Shown here piece by piece: positions 47,375-57,375 of a stretch of DNA of 64,000 nt. The notes beneath the pieces were generated by a model, which saw only the letters and a list, made by a program, of their open reading frames with translations, was not told where the DNA came from and did not search any database. How positions within the stretch are numbered: the stretch's first letter is position 1; each line of letters starts with the position of its first letter. Source of the DNA: Patescibacteria group bacterium (GTDB taxonomy: Bacteria > Patescibacteriota > Dojkabacteria > JAHIVN01); NCBI GenBank assembly GCA_043816305.1, contig JBDRHZ010000012.1, forward strand, positions 55,701-119,700, in the 5' to 3' direction. The translations under genes were made by a program, and so were the position numbers.

Positions 47375-48967
47375 TCATTTGTCGAGGGAATTTATCTTGT
47401 AGACAATCATCTCTCCATCTACAACAGCATATTTATCAAGTTCGATTTTATATACTTCTTTCAGTTCTTCCTTCTTTGCTATATTGGGAAACCAGGATGG
47501 AAAAATGATTATATATTCAGGATTTTTTTCTAAAATCAGTTTCCAAAGAGCTTCCTCGCGATCTGCTCTTGTATCATATATTCTTGTTTCAAGAATTTCG
47601 GGGGAAACCAAACCCATCATATCTATTATCTTACGATCGGAGATATAAGTCATAGCCCCAATGTCATTCAAAGCAATAACGTCATTCGGTTTTGTGTTTT
47701 CAAGTATCCAATTTCCGAGTTTGACATGCATATCATTGATATTCTTTACATTCCAGCCAAACGTTGATGCCCAGACACTAAGCATTAAAATTAGGTAAAT
47801 TGAAGCTGTCGTAAATACAAAGATTTTGATTTTGGCAGCTGCTATTTTAAGCTTTTGTGCAGTGAATTCGATTCCCACTACGCCGATAATTGCATACAGC
47901 GGAATGAACGGCATAGTATATCTTCCGTGATGACGCAGATTGGGTGCAAAAATTGAAGCAAAAATCGGAAACCCGATTACTATAAGAAGAATGAGAAATA
48001 ATCGATTATTGTCTTTAATCATTTTAAATAATTTACAAAGCCCGAGTGGTACAAAGATAGTCAAGGGAATATAGTCAATAAAAAGAAGATAGGAGTATCT
48101 TAGAAGGTAAAGAATTACAGAAACAAGTTTATCACCCAATGAGTGGTAAACTACTATATCTTGTGACTTAAATGTATTTGGAAGCAAGCTACCGGTACAT
48201 CTGTAGCTGAAGATCAGATAAGGACCTATTAAAAGAGAGTAGATTGCAATTGTAATGACCAACAGTTTCACTTTGGTAAAGAATGAATTCTTATCTGGAA
48301 GTGATCTCAACAAGTGGAAAATCTCGAGTGACATAAAGAAAATAAAGATCAGATAACCTTCCGGCCTCACTGTTGATGCCAGCCCTAGCACAAGAACTTG
48401 TAAATATTTATTTTTCTTTGTGATGTGTAGAAGTAAGAATAAGAGCAGCAAAGCTGTAAAAAGAGTTACCTCCATTCCTGAAAGAGACGCCCAAGCAAAC
48501 CTTCCTGTGAATAAGGTGAACACTGCCGCTGAGATACTAGATAATTTCGATCGACTTAGTCTATATGCCAGTTTGTATGTCAGTATTCCAGAAAGTATAA
48601 AGAATATAGCACTCAGTGATTTTGCTATAAGTAAATGATCTTTTATAAAAAGATAAAAAAAGGATATGAGAATTGTCCAGCCTGGAGAAGTTGACCCTGG
48701 GGTAGGCTGATCCGGGTTGAATGAAAAGCCATTCCCTGCTACTAGGTTTTTCGAAAACTGGAAATGGATAAAAACATCATCAAGCGGTGCTCCGAAATTC
48801 CCGTTTGTCAATTTGTATTCATACGTTAGTACAATGCCCAATATTATTACCGCAAAGATCAAAATTATTAGTTCTGGTCTTGCTTGTTGTAGCCGTTTGA
48901 AAAATTTCATATCCGGCATTATAGCGTTAATTATTATTTGTTCCAAGGTTTTTCTGGATCTAAACAA
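47375..48967 (-). CDS. GT39/ArnT-like polytopic glycosyltransferase
   Basis: 530 aa, more than 10 TM helices. N-terminal loop with a DD motif. Confidence 0.5.
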   Translation of the reverse strand: MFRSRKTLEQIIINAIMPDMKFFKRLQQARPELIILIFAVIILGIVLTYEYKLTNGNFGAPLDDVFIHFQFSKNLVAGNGFSFNPDQPTPGSTSPGWTILISFFYLFIKDHLLIAKSLSAIFFILSGILTYKLAYRLSRSKLSSISAAVFTLFTGRFAWASLSGMEVTLFTALLLLFLLLHITKKNKYLQVLVLGLASTVRPEGYLIFIFFMSLEIFHLLRSLPDKNSFFTKVKLLVITIAIYSLLIGPYLIFSYRCTGSLLPNTFKSQDIVVYHSLGDKLVSVILYLLRYSYLLFIDYIPLTIFVPLGLCKLFKMIKDNNRLFLILLIVIGFPIFASIFAPNLRHHGRYTMPFIPLYAIIGVVGIEFTAQKLKIAAAKIKIFVFTTASIYLILMLSVWASTFGWNVKNINDMHVKLGNWILENTKPNDVIALNDIGAMTYISDRKIIDMMGLVSPEILETRIYDTRADREEALWKLILEKNPEYIIIFPSWFPNIAKKEELKEVYKIELDKYAVVDGEMIVYKINSLDK

Positions 48968-49040
48968 TTAAAAATTCACCCTTTACAAACGACCGGCTTT
49001 AAAATAAACTGTATTTAGTTAACTTTTTACATCCCTCCAT

Positions 49041-51431
49041 ATGCCTAGTTCATCAAAATCACCTCAGAAGAAAACGGTAGAGAAGAAAGAAGTTATTAAA
49101 GAAACTGTTCCGAACCCAGCGAAAAAAAAGAAGTTTCCAACATTTATTGCAGTTGCATGCGGATGCTTGGCATGCTGCGTTGTTAGCGGAATAATAGGAG
49201 GAGTTGTCTACTGGCTGAAATCTAAGGATAAAACTGGTCCTGTGTACAATGAGGAGCCACTAGTAGATATACTTGAACCGACCGGATCGAATTGGTATAC
49301 AACATATGAAGATAATATCGTCCTTTCAGGGATAGCCAAAGATTACGAAGAAAATATTGATAAGATCGAGTGGTCTGTAGAAGGCGGGGATTCTGGAACA
49401 ATTACAGCAGGGGAGGAATGGAATACGAGTAATATTACTCTAAAAGAAGGCGATAATAAGATAACTGTTTCAGTATACGATAATGAGAAGAATGTTGGTA
49501 CGGATAGTATCTTTGTAGTTTATAACAAAGAGGTAATATTCATCGGGGATCCTATAGCAGTACCAGATGTGCTTTATAAAGATGACCCTGCGGTGGATGT
49601 TATCATAAGTGCTAAAGTGCGGGTGGAATCTGATAAAAAGATCGGTGAGGCACTTCTTTACGATGTCGATGATAAAGGTGAAATCAAAGAAAAAATCGGT
49701 GTTATGTTAGACAATGGAAAAGTTACGAATGGAGATGATATACCTGGTGACGGGACTTTTAGCTACAAGGGGAAGATGAGTGCGACCTCACTTTCTCCAA
49801 AGTATATGAGAGTTGTGACTAAGCTTTCAGGTTCATCAATTTCCGGTATGTCGAGTTTAGTAAAAGTATCTGTGATTGAGCCGATCAGTCAGCAGGCGCT
49901 AGATCAGATAGAGCAGTTGAACCAGCAGGTATTGGATCTGCAGAACCAGCTGAATAATGATGGCGCTTCACAGCAGGAAATTGCAACTGAGATAAATACA
50001 TGGGTAGGTCAACAGCCTGGCATAGCAGGAAATGGCGTTTCTGAACAAGGACAAGGAGTGTGGTGGGTGTATGAAAATACTTGTATTCCTGGGGGAATAA
50101 TGATCAATCCTCCCGACACAAGAGGAGGTCAATCTGACGGGGCAGGTTTTGATGTTATAGCTCCCGGAAAAACTCTGGTAAGTAAAGCTAGTGCAGCATC
50201 TGACCTGAAAGTCGAAAGTACAAAAGCAATTTATCTTGGACCGTATAAGGATGACTTCGGAGCTTATGATGATTATAACGGTGCATGGAAAAAAATAAAG
50301 GAAAGTACGTGTCCTGAGTGTGAGACTGTAGAAAAAATGAACTATGACGTGACAGTAGATGACTTTAAAAATCTAGATCAGTATGGGTTGATAGTGATTT
50401 CCTCACATGGCGATAACTGGTATGGTGGGATGTGGGGTGATAATATCTGTTCAGAAGGGCTTCAGCAGTCACAGGTTGTGATTCTTACAAATCAGAAGCT
50501 GACAACTGAGAATATGAAAACATATGAAGCTGATCTTATGGCAAGAAGACTTGCAGTTCATGCAAATGGAAATCTAGTCGTACTTCCTTCATTTATCACA
50601 CATTACAACTCGAACTTTCCAAATAGTGTAGTTTATGTAGCTACCTGCCGAAGCTCGTATAACAATACTATGGCTTCAGCATTTCTTGGAAGTGGAGCAG
50701 ACGCCTACTACGGTTTTGATGACTATGTGTTATCCAGCTACTGTTATGATGTCGGTACAGATCTGTTTGATAGTTTTGTCCTTGAGGGGGATGACGCATC
50801 TACGAGTTATTCTGGTACGGTCAGTGCTGTTGGATCGAGCGACGGGCAGGGTGCAGATTTCCTCTGGACAGGAGAATCAACGCTCGAAATGGGAGGAAAG
50901 GACTTTGGAAATGTGAGCTTTGAGAGCGGTACATTCAACAGTTGGGCAGGAGCAGGGGATGATAGAATTATCACCTCACTCGGTCCCATCAAACCGAAAG
51001 ACGGGAATTTCATGGCTATCATTAGCACTGGACTCGGCTCTGTATCAGATAGCAAGAGTTCGATTAAACAGTCAATTTGCTATGGAAAGAGTGGTGGTAA
51101 GCTGAAATTTGATTACAACCTTGTATCCGAAGAACCACAGGAGTTTGTCGGTTCGCCGTATGACGATAGATTGAGTGCCTACATAATTGTAGATGGAAAG
51201 AAGACTAAAATTATGAGCAAGGGAGTGAACGATTCGACGTGGATAAAGGTCCAGGGAATAGATTTTGAAGGAGGTGATGCGTCCACTTTCCAAACAGGAT
51301 GGAAAACAATAACCTACTCTCTAAGTGGTGTAAAATCCGGTTCGAAAGTTGGGCTGTTGTTTGAGATCAAGGATGTCGGAGATAGTGCTTATGATACAGC
51401 GGCGTTGATTGATAATATAAGGGTGGATTAA
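49041..51431 (+). CDS. N-terminally anchored large extracellular protein with Ig-like regions, a Q-rich coiled coil and a possible clan-CD (caspase-like) peptidase dyad
   Basis: 796 aa. TM helix FIAVACGCLACCVVSGIIGG. Candidate dyad IVISSHGDNWYGG ... VYVATCRSSYNN. Confidence 0.4.
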   Translation: MPSSSKSPQKKTVEKKEVIKETVPNPAKKKKFPTFIAVACGCLACCVVSGIIGGVVYWLKSKDKTGPVYNEEPLVDILEPTGSNWYTTYEDNIVLSGIAKDYEENIDKIEWSVEGGDSGTITAGEEWNTSNITLKEGDNKITVSVYDNEKNVGTDSIFVVYNKEVIFIGDPIAVPDVLYKDDPAVDVIISAKVRVESDKKIGEALLYDVDDKGEIKEKIGVMLDNGKVTNGDDIPGDGTFSYKGKMSATSLSPKYMRVVTKLSGSSISGMSSLVKVSVIEPISQQALDQIEQLNQQVLDLQNQLNNDGASQQEIATEINTWVGQQPGIAGNGVSEQGQGVWWVYENTCIPGGIMINPPDTRGGQSDGAGFDVIAPGKTLVSKASAASDLKVESTKAIYLGPYKDDFGAYDDYNGAWKKIKESTCPECETVEKMNYDVTVDDFKNLDQYGLIVISSHGDNWYGGMWGDNICSEGLQQSQVVILTNQKLTTENMKTYEADLMARRLAVHANGNLVVLPSFITHYNSNFPNSVVYVATCRSSYNNTMASAFLGSGADAYYGFDDYVLSSYCYDVGTDLFDSFVLEGDDASTSYSGTVSAVGSSDGQGADFLWTGESTLEMGGKDFGNVSFESGTFNSWAGAGDDRIITSLGPIKPKDGNFMAIISTGLGSVSDSKSSIKQSICYGKSGGKLKFDYNLVSEEPQEFVGSPYDDRLSAYIIVDGKKTKIMSKGVNDSTWIKVQGIDFEGGDASTFQTGWKTITYSLSGVKSGSKVGLLFEIKDVGDSAYDTAALIDNIRVD

Positions 51432-51442
51432 AAGATCTTGGG

Positions 51443-51464
51443 GCAAGGGGCTTAAGCCCCTTGC
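51443..51464. terminator. Rho-independent terminator
   Basis: GCAAGGGGC-TTAA-GCCCCTTGC followed by TTTAT. Confidence 0.7.
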
Positions 51465-51481
51465 TTTATGCATTAATCTAA

Positions 51482-51982
51482 ATGAACATGAGCCTAAGAA
51501 ACGAAATTCTAAAATTTCTCCAGACTAACGACAACCTGACGCTGGCTACTTGTTCAAGCGCAAAGCCCTGGAGCAGTGTGGTGATCTATGTCAATGATGA
51601 TAAGTTTAACTTCTACTTCACTTCAGACCCAACCTCAAGACATGCTCGAGAGATATCGAAAAACCCACATGTTTCCTTTGCTATAAATCATGAGAGAATA
51701 GAAGAAGGCTACATCAAGGCCATGCAGGTAGAAGGTTTCGCCGAGAAACTTAATCTGAAAGAAGTGCCGTTTGTCTTTAAACTATATCTAAAGAAGTTTC
51801 CTTTTGCCAAAAGTTTTCTACCTTCTTTTAAAAGATTATTGAAGAAAGGTTTCCGCTGGAAGTTTTATAAGATCAGGCCGGCAAGGATTTTTTATATGAA
51901 CAAGGAACTTTATGATAAGGGGGTAAGAGAAGAATTTGAATTGGGGAATTCTGTGTGTAATGGTTCAAACACGGAGGTTTGA
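51482..51982 (+). CDS. Pyridoxamine-5'-phosphate-oxidase-like FMN-binding protein
   Basis: 166 aa. LTLATCSSAKPWSSVVIYV...FYFTSDPTSRHAREI pattern. Confidence 0.55.
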   Translation: MNMSLRNEILKFLQTNDNLTLATCSSAKPWSSVVIYVNDDKFNFYFTSDPTSRHAREISKNPHVSFAINHERIEEGYIKAMQVEGFAEKLNLKEVPFVFKLYLKKFPFAKSFLPSFKRLLKKGFRWKFYKIRPARIFYMNKELYDKGVREEFELGNSVCNGSNTEV

Positions 51983-52046
51983 ACTAGCTGATGAGTGATT
52001 AATCCAATGAGGTTGTAAGCTCTTGTGTTTAGCTTAAAAATAGAGC

Positions 52047-52598
52047 TTGAATAATATTCCAAGTGCGAGTAAAATTGCCTATCGTATGAAAAGTCGAGTT
52101 TATTCAAAATTTATAGTGCCGATAATGATTCCTATCTTGGGACTTATTTCTCCTCTTGGGGTGAAGGCTCAGGAAGTTTCTGCTCCTGCTGATCCTGGAG
52201 AACTCATACTTTTTGTTCGAGAGGGTTGCGAGTACTGTGCTTTGACTGAAAAATTCATCGAAGAAAAGGGACTGACTGATAAAATTTCGATTAAGGATGT
52301 CAACGAGGACCCGGCAAACGCAGCGGAGTACAATACATATGCTGATGAAGCAGGTATTCCTATCGACGATCGCGGGGTACCTATGCTTTATGACAATGGC
52401 GAAGTGATGGAGTCTGCTGATAAGATCATAATCAGGCTTGGTGAAAAATTTGAGGTTTCGACCGAGGGTTATCTTCCTGATATGAAGCCTTCTGGAAACG
52501 GCGAGGTATCCCCAGCGGTATTGATTGTGATATTTGGTATAGCAGCCGTTGTGATAGCAGGTTTTCTATTCTTGAGCAACAAGAAAGACAAGAGATAG
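52047..52598 (+). CDS. Membrane-anchored glutaredoxin/thioredoxin-like protein
   Basis: Signal peptide, REGCEYCA (CxxC), C-terminal TM helix. Confidence 0.6.
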   Translation: MNNIPSASKIAYRMKSRVYSKFIVPIMIPILGLISPLGVKAQEVSAPADPGELILFVREGCEYCALTEKFIEEKGLTDKISIKDVNEDPANAAEYNTYADEAGIPIDDRGVPMLYDNGEVMESADKIIIRLGEKFEVSTEGYLPDMKPSGNGEVSPAVLIVIFGIAAVVIAGFLFLSNKKDKR

Positions 52599-52728
52599 TA
52601 TTTCAAATCTCTCCACCAAAGGCGCTTGCCTGCGCAGACAGGGATCTTGCCAAGAGGCGGGAGAACTTAAGACTCAAAACTTCCTGCTATTGTTAATTTA
52701 TTTAGGATCATAAGCAAATAGAGAACCT

Positions 52729-53400
52729 ATGACTAACGTAACATTACCGCTTATAACTCTCGGTGCGCTTGGCGATTCGATAAACCCATGTGCGATAGCA
52801 GTGCTTGTATTTCTCGTGACATTTCTGATAACCATAAAGAAACGGGGAGTAAAATTTTTGCTGATAGCATTTGTATACATCTTCTTTGTCTACTTGACGT
52901 ATTTCTTAGCAGGACTTGGCCTTCTAAGTTCGGTCCAAAAATTAGAGATAGCACATATCGTTTATAGGATAACAGCAGTTGTCGTTATCTTGGCTGGTCT
53001 GGTAAACATCAAGGACTTCTTTTTTTCCGGTCGTGGTTTTTCACTTGCTATACCTGAATCCAAGAAACCAATTATAAAAAAGTATATACAGAAAGCTTCT
53101 ATTCCCTCAGCTATTGTGCTTGGGATACTTGTGTCTCTATTTGAACTTCCTTGTACTGGCGGGATATACCTTGCTGTTATAGGACTTTTAGCGGAGAAAG
53201 CCACCTGGACGGAAGGTTTTCTGTACTTGCTTTATTATAATCTGATCTTTGTTCTTCCTCTCATAATAATAGTTCTATTTTCATTCTTCAGCTTATCCTC
53301 TGAGACTATCAATTCCTGGCGCAAGAAAAACAAGCGGGGAATGCGGTTAATTATGGGAATTTCCATGATCCTGCTTGGTATATTGATGTGGGTGAGCTAG
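52729..53400 (+). CDS. ccdA: Cytochrome c biogenesis / thiol-disulfide transfer protein CcdA (DsbD TM domain)
   Basis: GDSINPCAIAVL and ELPCTGGIY, the two conserved Cys. 6 TM helices. Confidence 0.7.
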   Translation: MTNVTLPLITLGALGDSINPCAIAVLVFLVTFLITIKKRGVKFLLIAFVYIFFVYLTYFLAGLGLLSSVQKLEIAHIVYRITAVVVILAGLVNIKDFFFSGRGFSLAIPESKKPIIKKYIQKASIPSAIVLGILVSLFELPCTGGIYLAVIGLLAEKATWTEGFLYLLYYNLIFVLPLIIIVLFSFFSLSSETINSWRKKNKRGMRLIMGISMILLGILMWVS

Positions 53401-53631
53401 GAGCTCGTGTGCCTATGAGCTAATGAGCCCATAAGTTTATGTTTCCAGTAACTGGTGACTGTTATGAGATATCAGATACTGGCTTTCGCTTCTTTGTCAT
53501 TCTGACTTCAGAGTTCAGGCAGCTACCGAATACCGGATCCCAGCTACCAGCTACCTGATACTGCTACAAGTTTGTAATAGTCTCTGCTTTCAAGTACAAT
53601 AACTATAATTATAAATTAGTACTTATATCAA

Positions 53632-55065
53632 ATGAGCTGCCTCAAAGTCTTCCGCTGGATTCTTTCAATTCTGATTTTCGTAATCTTGTTCGCAACGATC
53701 CTTTTTGGGATTCCGTTGTCTATGCTGTCAAAGGTAGTAACAAATCCTGAAAATGTAAAAAAACTAATCGCTGAAAGCGGAGTATATGAAACTGCTCCAG
53801 ATATATTTGTCGGCCAATTTTTGAGTCATAGCAGTGAAGATATTTATGCTTATGCAGGGATTGAGAGTGAGAATGACGTGAAAGAGATTACGAACAGAGT
53901 TCTTCCCTCTGAGTGGCTGAAAGAAAATACCGAGATAATCATAGATTCTTTTTATGACTGGCTTGAGGGAGAAACGGAGAATCCTGAGTTTACGATTGAT
54001 GTAGCAGACAGGCAGAATGCACTTGTGGATGAATTTGCCCAGATCACAAAGGATAATCTGCAAGAACTGCCAACTTGTACTGAGGGTGATACTACAGAAT
54101 TCAATCCATTCTCTGCTACTTGTATTCCTTCAGGCTTTGACTTGCAGGAGCTGGAGAAGCAGATAGATGAGCAGCTGGCGAGCGGAAAATTCTTTGAAGA
54201 AACAGAGGTTTCTTCAGACCAATTCTTGAAGATCGATGAGACTGTGACTAAAAATGCACAAAGAATATACAGCGTTGTAAAAAATCTTCACAAGGTTGTT
54301 CTTGGAGTGATTGTTGTTCTTTCACTTGTACTCTTTCTCCTTTTACCGGGAATTTCGAACAAATTCTTTGTCATTGGTGTAAATTGGACGGTTTCAGGGT
54401 CTGCGCTGATGTTTGCGAATCTGCTTGCAAACAGCAAGTTTGAAAGTTTCTACTCAGATCGGCTTTCCGGAGTTTCAGTTGAGCAAAGAGAAATTGTCGA
54501 TAAAATCATTAAGGCAGTCATAGATGTCAGTTCTACTTCTATTTGGCGTGAGTCGAGACAATATGCCGTAGTAATCATAGTTCTCGGAGTGGTCTTCATC
54601 ATAGGCGGTCTGATCATGAAATTCTCGAAGGGAAGATACTATATGAGTGAGGATAAAATAAAGGATAAACCCAAGAAAGAAGAACCTGAAAAAGTAAAGA
54701 AAGACCAGGTTATAAAAGAAACGGTAAAGAAAGAAGAGCCGAAACCTGTGCCCAGACCTGAGGTCAAGTCGGAACTTTCAGTTGTGTCGATGCCTAAGCC
54801 GAAGTCAGAAATCAAGTTAGAACCAGCTGTTGTAACTGCTCCTAAACCAAAACCGAAGACTGTTCCCTTACCCAAACCGGTTGAAGAACCAGTAGAGAAA
54901 CAGGTAATTAAGCCTGTGGTAAAGCCGGCAGTTGAAAGTGAAAGTGAAAGTGAGGACGCGCTTAGTGAAGTCGAAGAGATGGAGAAACGCTTGAATATGA
55001 AAGGAGAAGAGCTGTCTCAGCAGAAAGATGATGAGACAAAGGCAAGTGTGAAGCCAGGCAAATAA
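53632..55065 (+). CDS. Membrane protein with a Lys/Pro/Glu-rich C-terminal tail
   Basis: 477 aa, several TM helices, KPKKEEPEK... low-complexity tail. Confidence 0.4.
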   Translation: MSCLKVFRWILSILIFVILFATILFGIPLSMLSKVVTNPENVKKLIAESGVYETAPDIFVGQFLSHSSEDIYAYAGIESENDVKEITNRVLPSEWLKENTEIIIDSFYDWLEGETENPEFTIDVADRQNALVDEFAQITKDNLQELPTCTEGDTTEFNPFSATCIPSGFDLQELEKQIDEQLASGKFFEETEVSSDQFLKIDETVTKNAQRIYSVVKNLHKVVLGVIVVLSLVLFLLLPGISNKFFVIGVNWTVSGSALMFANLLANSKFESFYSDRLSGVSVEQREIVDKIIKAVIDVSSTSIWRESRQYAVVIIVLGVVFIIGGLIMKFSKGRYYMSEDKIKDKPKKEEPEKVKKDQVIKETVKKEEPKPVPRPEVKSELSVVSMPKPKSEIKLEPAVVTAPKPKPKTVPLPKPVEEPVEKQVIKPVVKPAVESESESEDALSEVEEMEKRLNMKGEELSQQKDDETKASVKPGK

Positions 55066-55086
55066 TTTATTAAATTTATCTATATA

Positions 55087-55476
55087 GTGGCCAGATTCAA
55101 AATTATCAAAAAATCCCAGGCAAAAATAGTTGACCTGGGAACAAAGATCATTCGCAAGTATGCCTCATCCGATCGGAAGCTTGAAATCAATCATATGAAG
55201 ATAACGGGCCGGCATCCTGAAAATCCTGATCATTTTATATTCGAGACGAAATGTCATTTCATGGTATATATCATTTCTGGAGAAGGCTATGTTTATTGTG
55301 ATGACAAAAAGTTTAAAGTCGGTGCGGGAGATGTAATAGATGTTCCGGTAAGCACTAGATATGCTGTAGAGGGTGATAACTTGGAATACTTAACATGTGA
55401 GCATCCAGCCTGGTTTGCAGAGCAGGCAAGTATCGTTGATTCAAAGGGAATTATGATTGAGGATACAAAGAAGTGA
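55087..55476 (+). CDS. Cupin-domain protein
   Basis: 129 aa, beta-barrel pattern (GEGYVYCDDKKFKVGAGDVIDVP). Confidence 0.5.
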   Translation: MARFKIIKKSQAKIVDLGTKIIRKYASSDRKLEINHMKITGRHPENPDHFIFETKCHFMVYIISGEGYVYCDDKKFKVGAGDVIDVPVSTRYAVEGDNLEYLTCEHPAWFAEQASIVDSKGIMIEDTKK

Positions 55477-55494
55477 TTATACAGGTGTATTTTC

Positions 55495-56028
55495 TCAGCA
55501 GCAATCTTCCAGATTTTCCTCTAATTTCTTTATGGCATCCTGCTTTTCGGAGTCAGAAGTATTTGGTTTTGTTTTCTTCTTATTACCTGCAGAAATTACT
55601 TTCTCTTTGTTTTCGTTTTTTTTGAATTTAAACATAGCAAGGATTGTCAATCCAATCATAAAAGTTATTGCCAGTCCTATTTGTATCATAGAACTATCCT
55701 TCTTCGCAACTGCATAAGCTAGAAAGAAACCCCATGGTACCCAGAGAACTCTTATCATCCAAAAATGTTTTATTTTACGCTCTTTAAACTTGTCTCTTAG
55801 TGCATACATAATTCCAACAACACTCCCTCCAAATAAAACACCAAGTAGAGTGCCATCTACTTCGAGAAAATTCAGCGTTCTGAGAGTAAGCAGAGCCAGC
55901 CAGGTTGTGCTTGAGGCTGCGCAAATGGCGCATAGCTTAATTCCTGTAAGCTGTTTGCTGAGAGGAGAGATGATAAAGGCAAAGAGAAAGAAGAGAATTG
56001 TTATTGAAAGAATTGTAAGGTAGATCAT
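55495..56028 (-). CDS. Polytopic membrane protein
   Basis: 177 aa, 5 hydrophobic helices, basic C-terminal tail. Confidence 0.35.
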   Translation of the reverse strand: MIYLTILSITILFFLFAFIISPLSKQLTGIKLCAICAASSTTWLALLTLRTLNFLEVDGTLLGVLFGGSVVGIMYALRDKFKERKIKHFWMIRVLWVPWGFFLAYAVAKKDSSMIQIGLAITFMIGLTILAMFKFKKNENKEKVISAGNKKKTKPNTSDSEKQDAIKKLEENLEDCC

Positions 56029-56070
56029 GCTAGATAATCAGGAAATTAAGTTATTGGGTTATTTTAGTTA

Positions 56071-57375
56071 TTACCCTTCAATTATAACATTTGGATTGAA
56101 ACAAATCCCAGGCTGTGGGAAAAGATCCCACTTAGTAAATTTTACATTATTAGCTAAATCTACAAAAATATTGCCTGTAATAATAACTTTTATAGTTCCT
56201 CTTAACTTCCCATTTTTTATGTAAATAGCATATGGTGCGGGCAAGGAATAGTCTCCTGTTGTCTGATTTTGTGTGTGCATGCCTAAAAAGTAAGGTATGA
56301 AGACAGCCTGTTCGCTCTCGTTCAATCGTTTCTCCAGAGCATCAACTTTAGTGTCCTTTTCGACAAAAGAAGTTGTATATGGGCCAGTGATAAGCGACGT
56401 AGGCGGCAGACCTAATTTCTGTGAATGCTTGAGGTCAAGTACCGGTGTTTTCAGTTGTCCATTTTTGATAAACGTTGCCTTTTCATTCTCTACTCCTTCA
56501 GATGTGAAGTTGGCTGCTCCGGGAGTCATCTCCTTCTGTGAATCAGCACATAGAGTGAACCAAGGAGGCAGAATTTTCTTCTGGTCCTTGAAATCCTCTT
56601 TGCTGAATCGCGATAGCCGGTTTGCGACAAGGCTTCCTCTCAGGTTATTGATGACAAAAAATGATAGGAGGCTCCAGGCCGCTTCCGGTGACAATATCAC
56701 AGCTATCTTTTCTTTCTGCTTCACCTTTACACTTGTATCTGAAGCCCTAAATAGTTTACCGAGCAGCTCTATACTGGCAGAATATGCCGAGATTTCTAAT
56801 GGTGATCTAGAAGATAATGTAAAGAAAAATCTGGACTCAAGGCTCGACTGTAGGGTGTATGAGGAGAAAGAATCAGCAAGCTCCAAACCCTTTGAATTTA
56901 TAACCTGTGTTTTAGATATTGATGCTAGTATATCTGTCTCGAAAGACTTTACCCCAAATGATGCTTCGATATCCTTTATCTTTCTCAGCTGATCAACTAC
57001 AAAATCCTGATTTTCAGTCTGAATCTTCTTCAGCTCCTTAGAATATTGTAAAGTTTTATTTTTGGGTCGGTAATTATCGAGAAAAGTTTTTGAGTATTCG
57101 TCTGTGATGCTTACTTCCCTTGCAGTGAGTACAGTTCTTTCAGGGTTTTCGAGATTTGCACTTGTAATGCTCGTTTTGCTGATATTCCCATCTGTCCATT
57201 CTATCAGAAGATCTCCGCTGATTTTGCTGCTGTTTGAAATTGGAGCATAAGCACCTCCGATGCTTTGTCCATAGATCCCGATAGAGAGGCTGTCATTCTT
57301 ATATACTGATAACCGGTAGTTTCGTACTTCTTTTGTTTTTTTGAGATATTTCTGCAGATTATTCATATCAGCCAA
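56071..57375 (-). CDS. pmbA: PmbA/TldE-family metalloprotease-associated protein
   Basis: 434 aa. Coupled to the tldD gene. Confidence 0.6.
   Translation of the reverse strand: MADMNNLQKYLKKTKEVRNYRLSVYKNDSLSIGIYGQSIGGAYAPISNSSKISGDLLIEWTDGNISKTSITSANLENPERTVLTAREVSITDEYSKTFLDNYRPKNKTLQYSKELKKIQTENQDFVVDQLRKIKDIEASFGVKSFETDILASISKTQVINSKGLELADSFSSYTLQSSLESRFFFTLSSRSPLEISAYSASIELLGKLFRASDTSVKVKQKEKIAVILSPEAAWSLLSFFVINNLRGSLVANRLSRFSKEDFKDQKKILPPWFTLCADSQKEMTPGAANFTSEGVENEKATFIKNGQLKTPVLDLKHSQKLGLPPTSLITGPYTTSFVEKDTKVDALEKRLNESEQAVFIPYFLGMHTQNQTTGDYSLPAPYAIYIKNGKLRGTIKVIITGNIFVDLANNVKFTKWDLFPQPGICFNPNVIIEG

Noticed and set aside
52599-52728. GC-richer intergenic segment (GGCGCTTGCCTGCGCAGACAGG...) as a riboswitch or sRNA
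   Set aside because: No recognisable riboswitch consensus or stable multi-stem structure could be discerned by eye.
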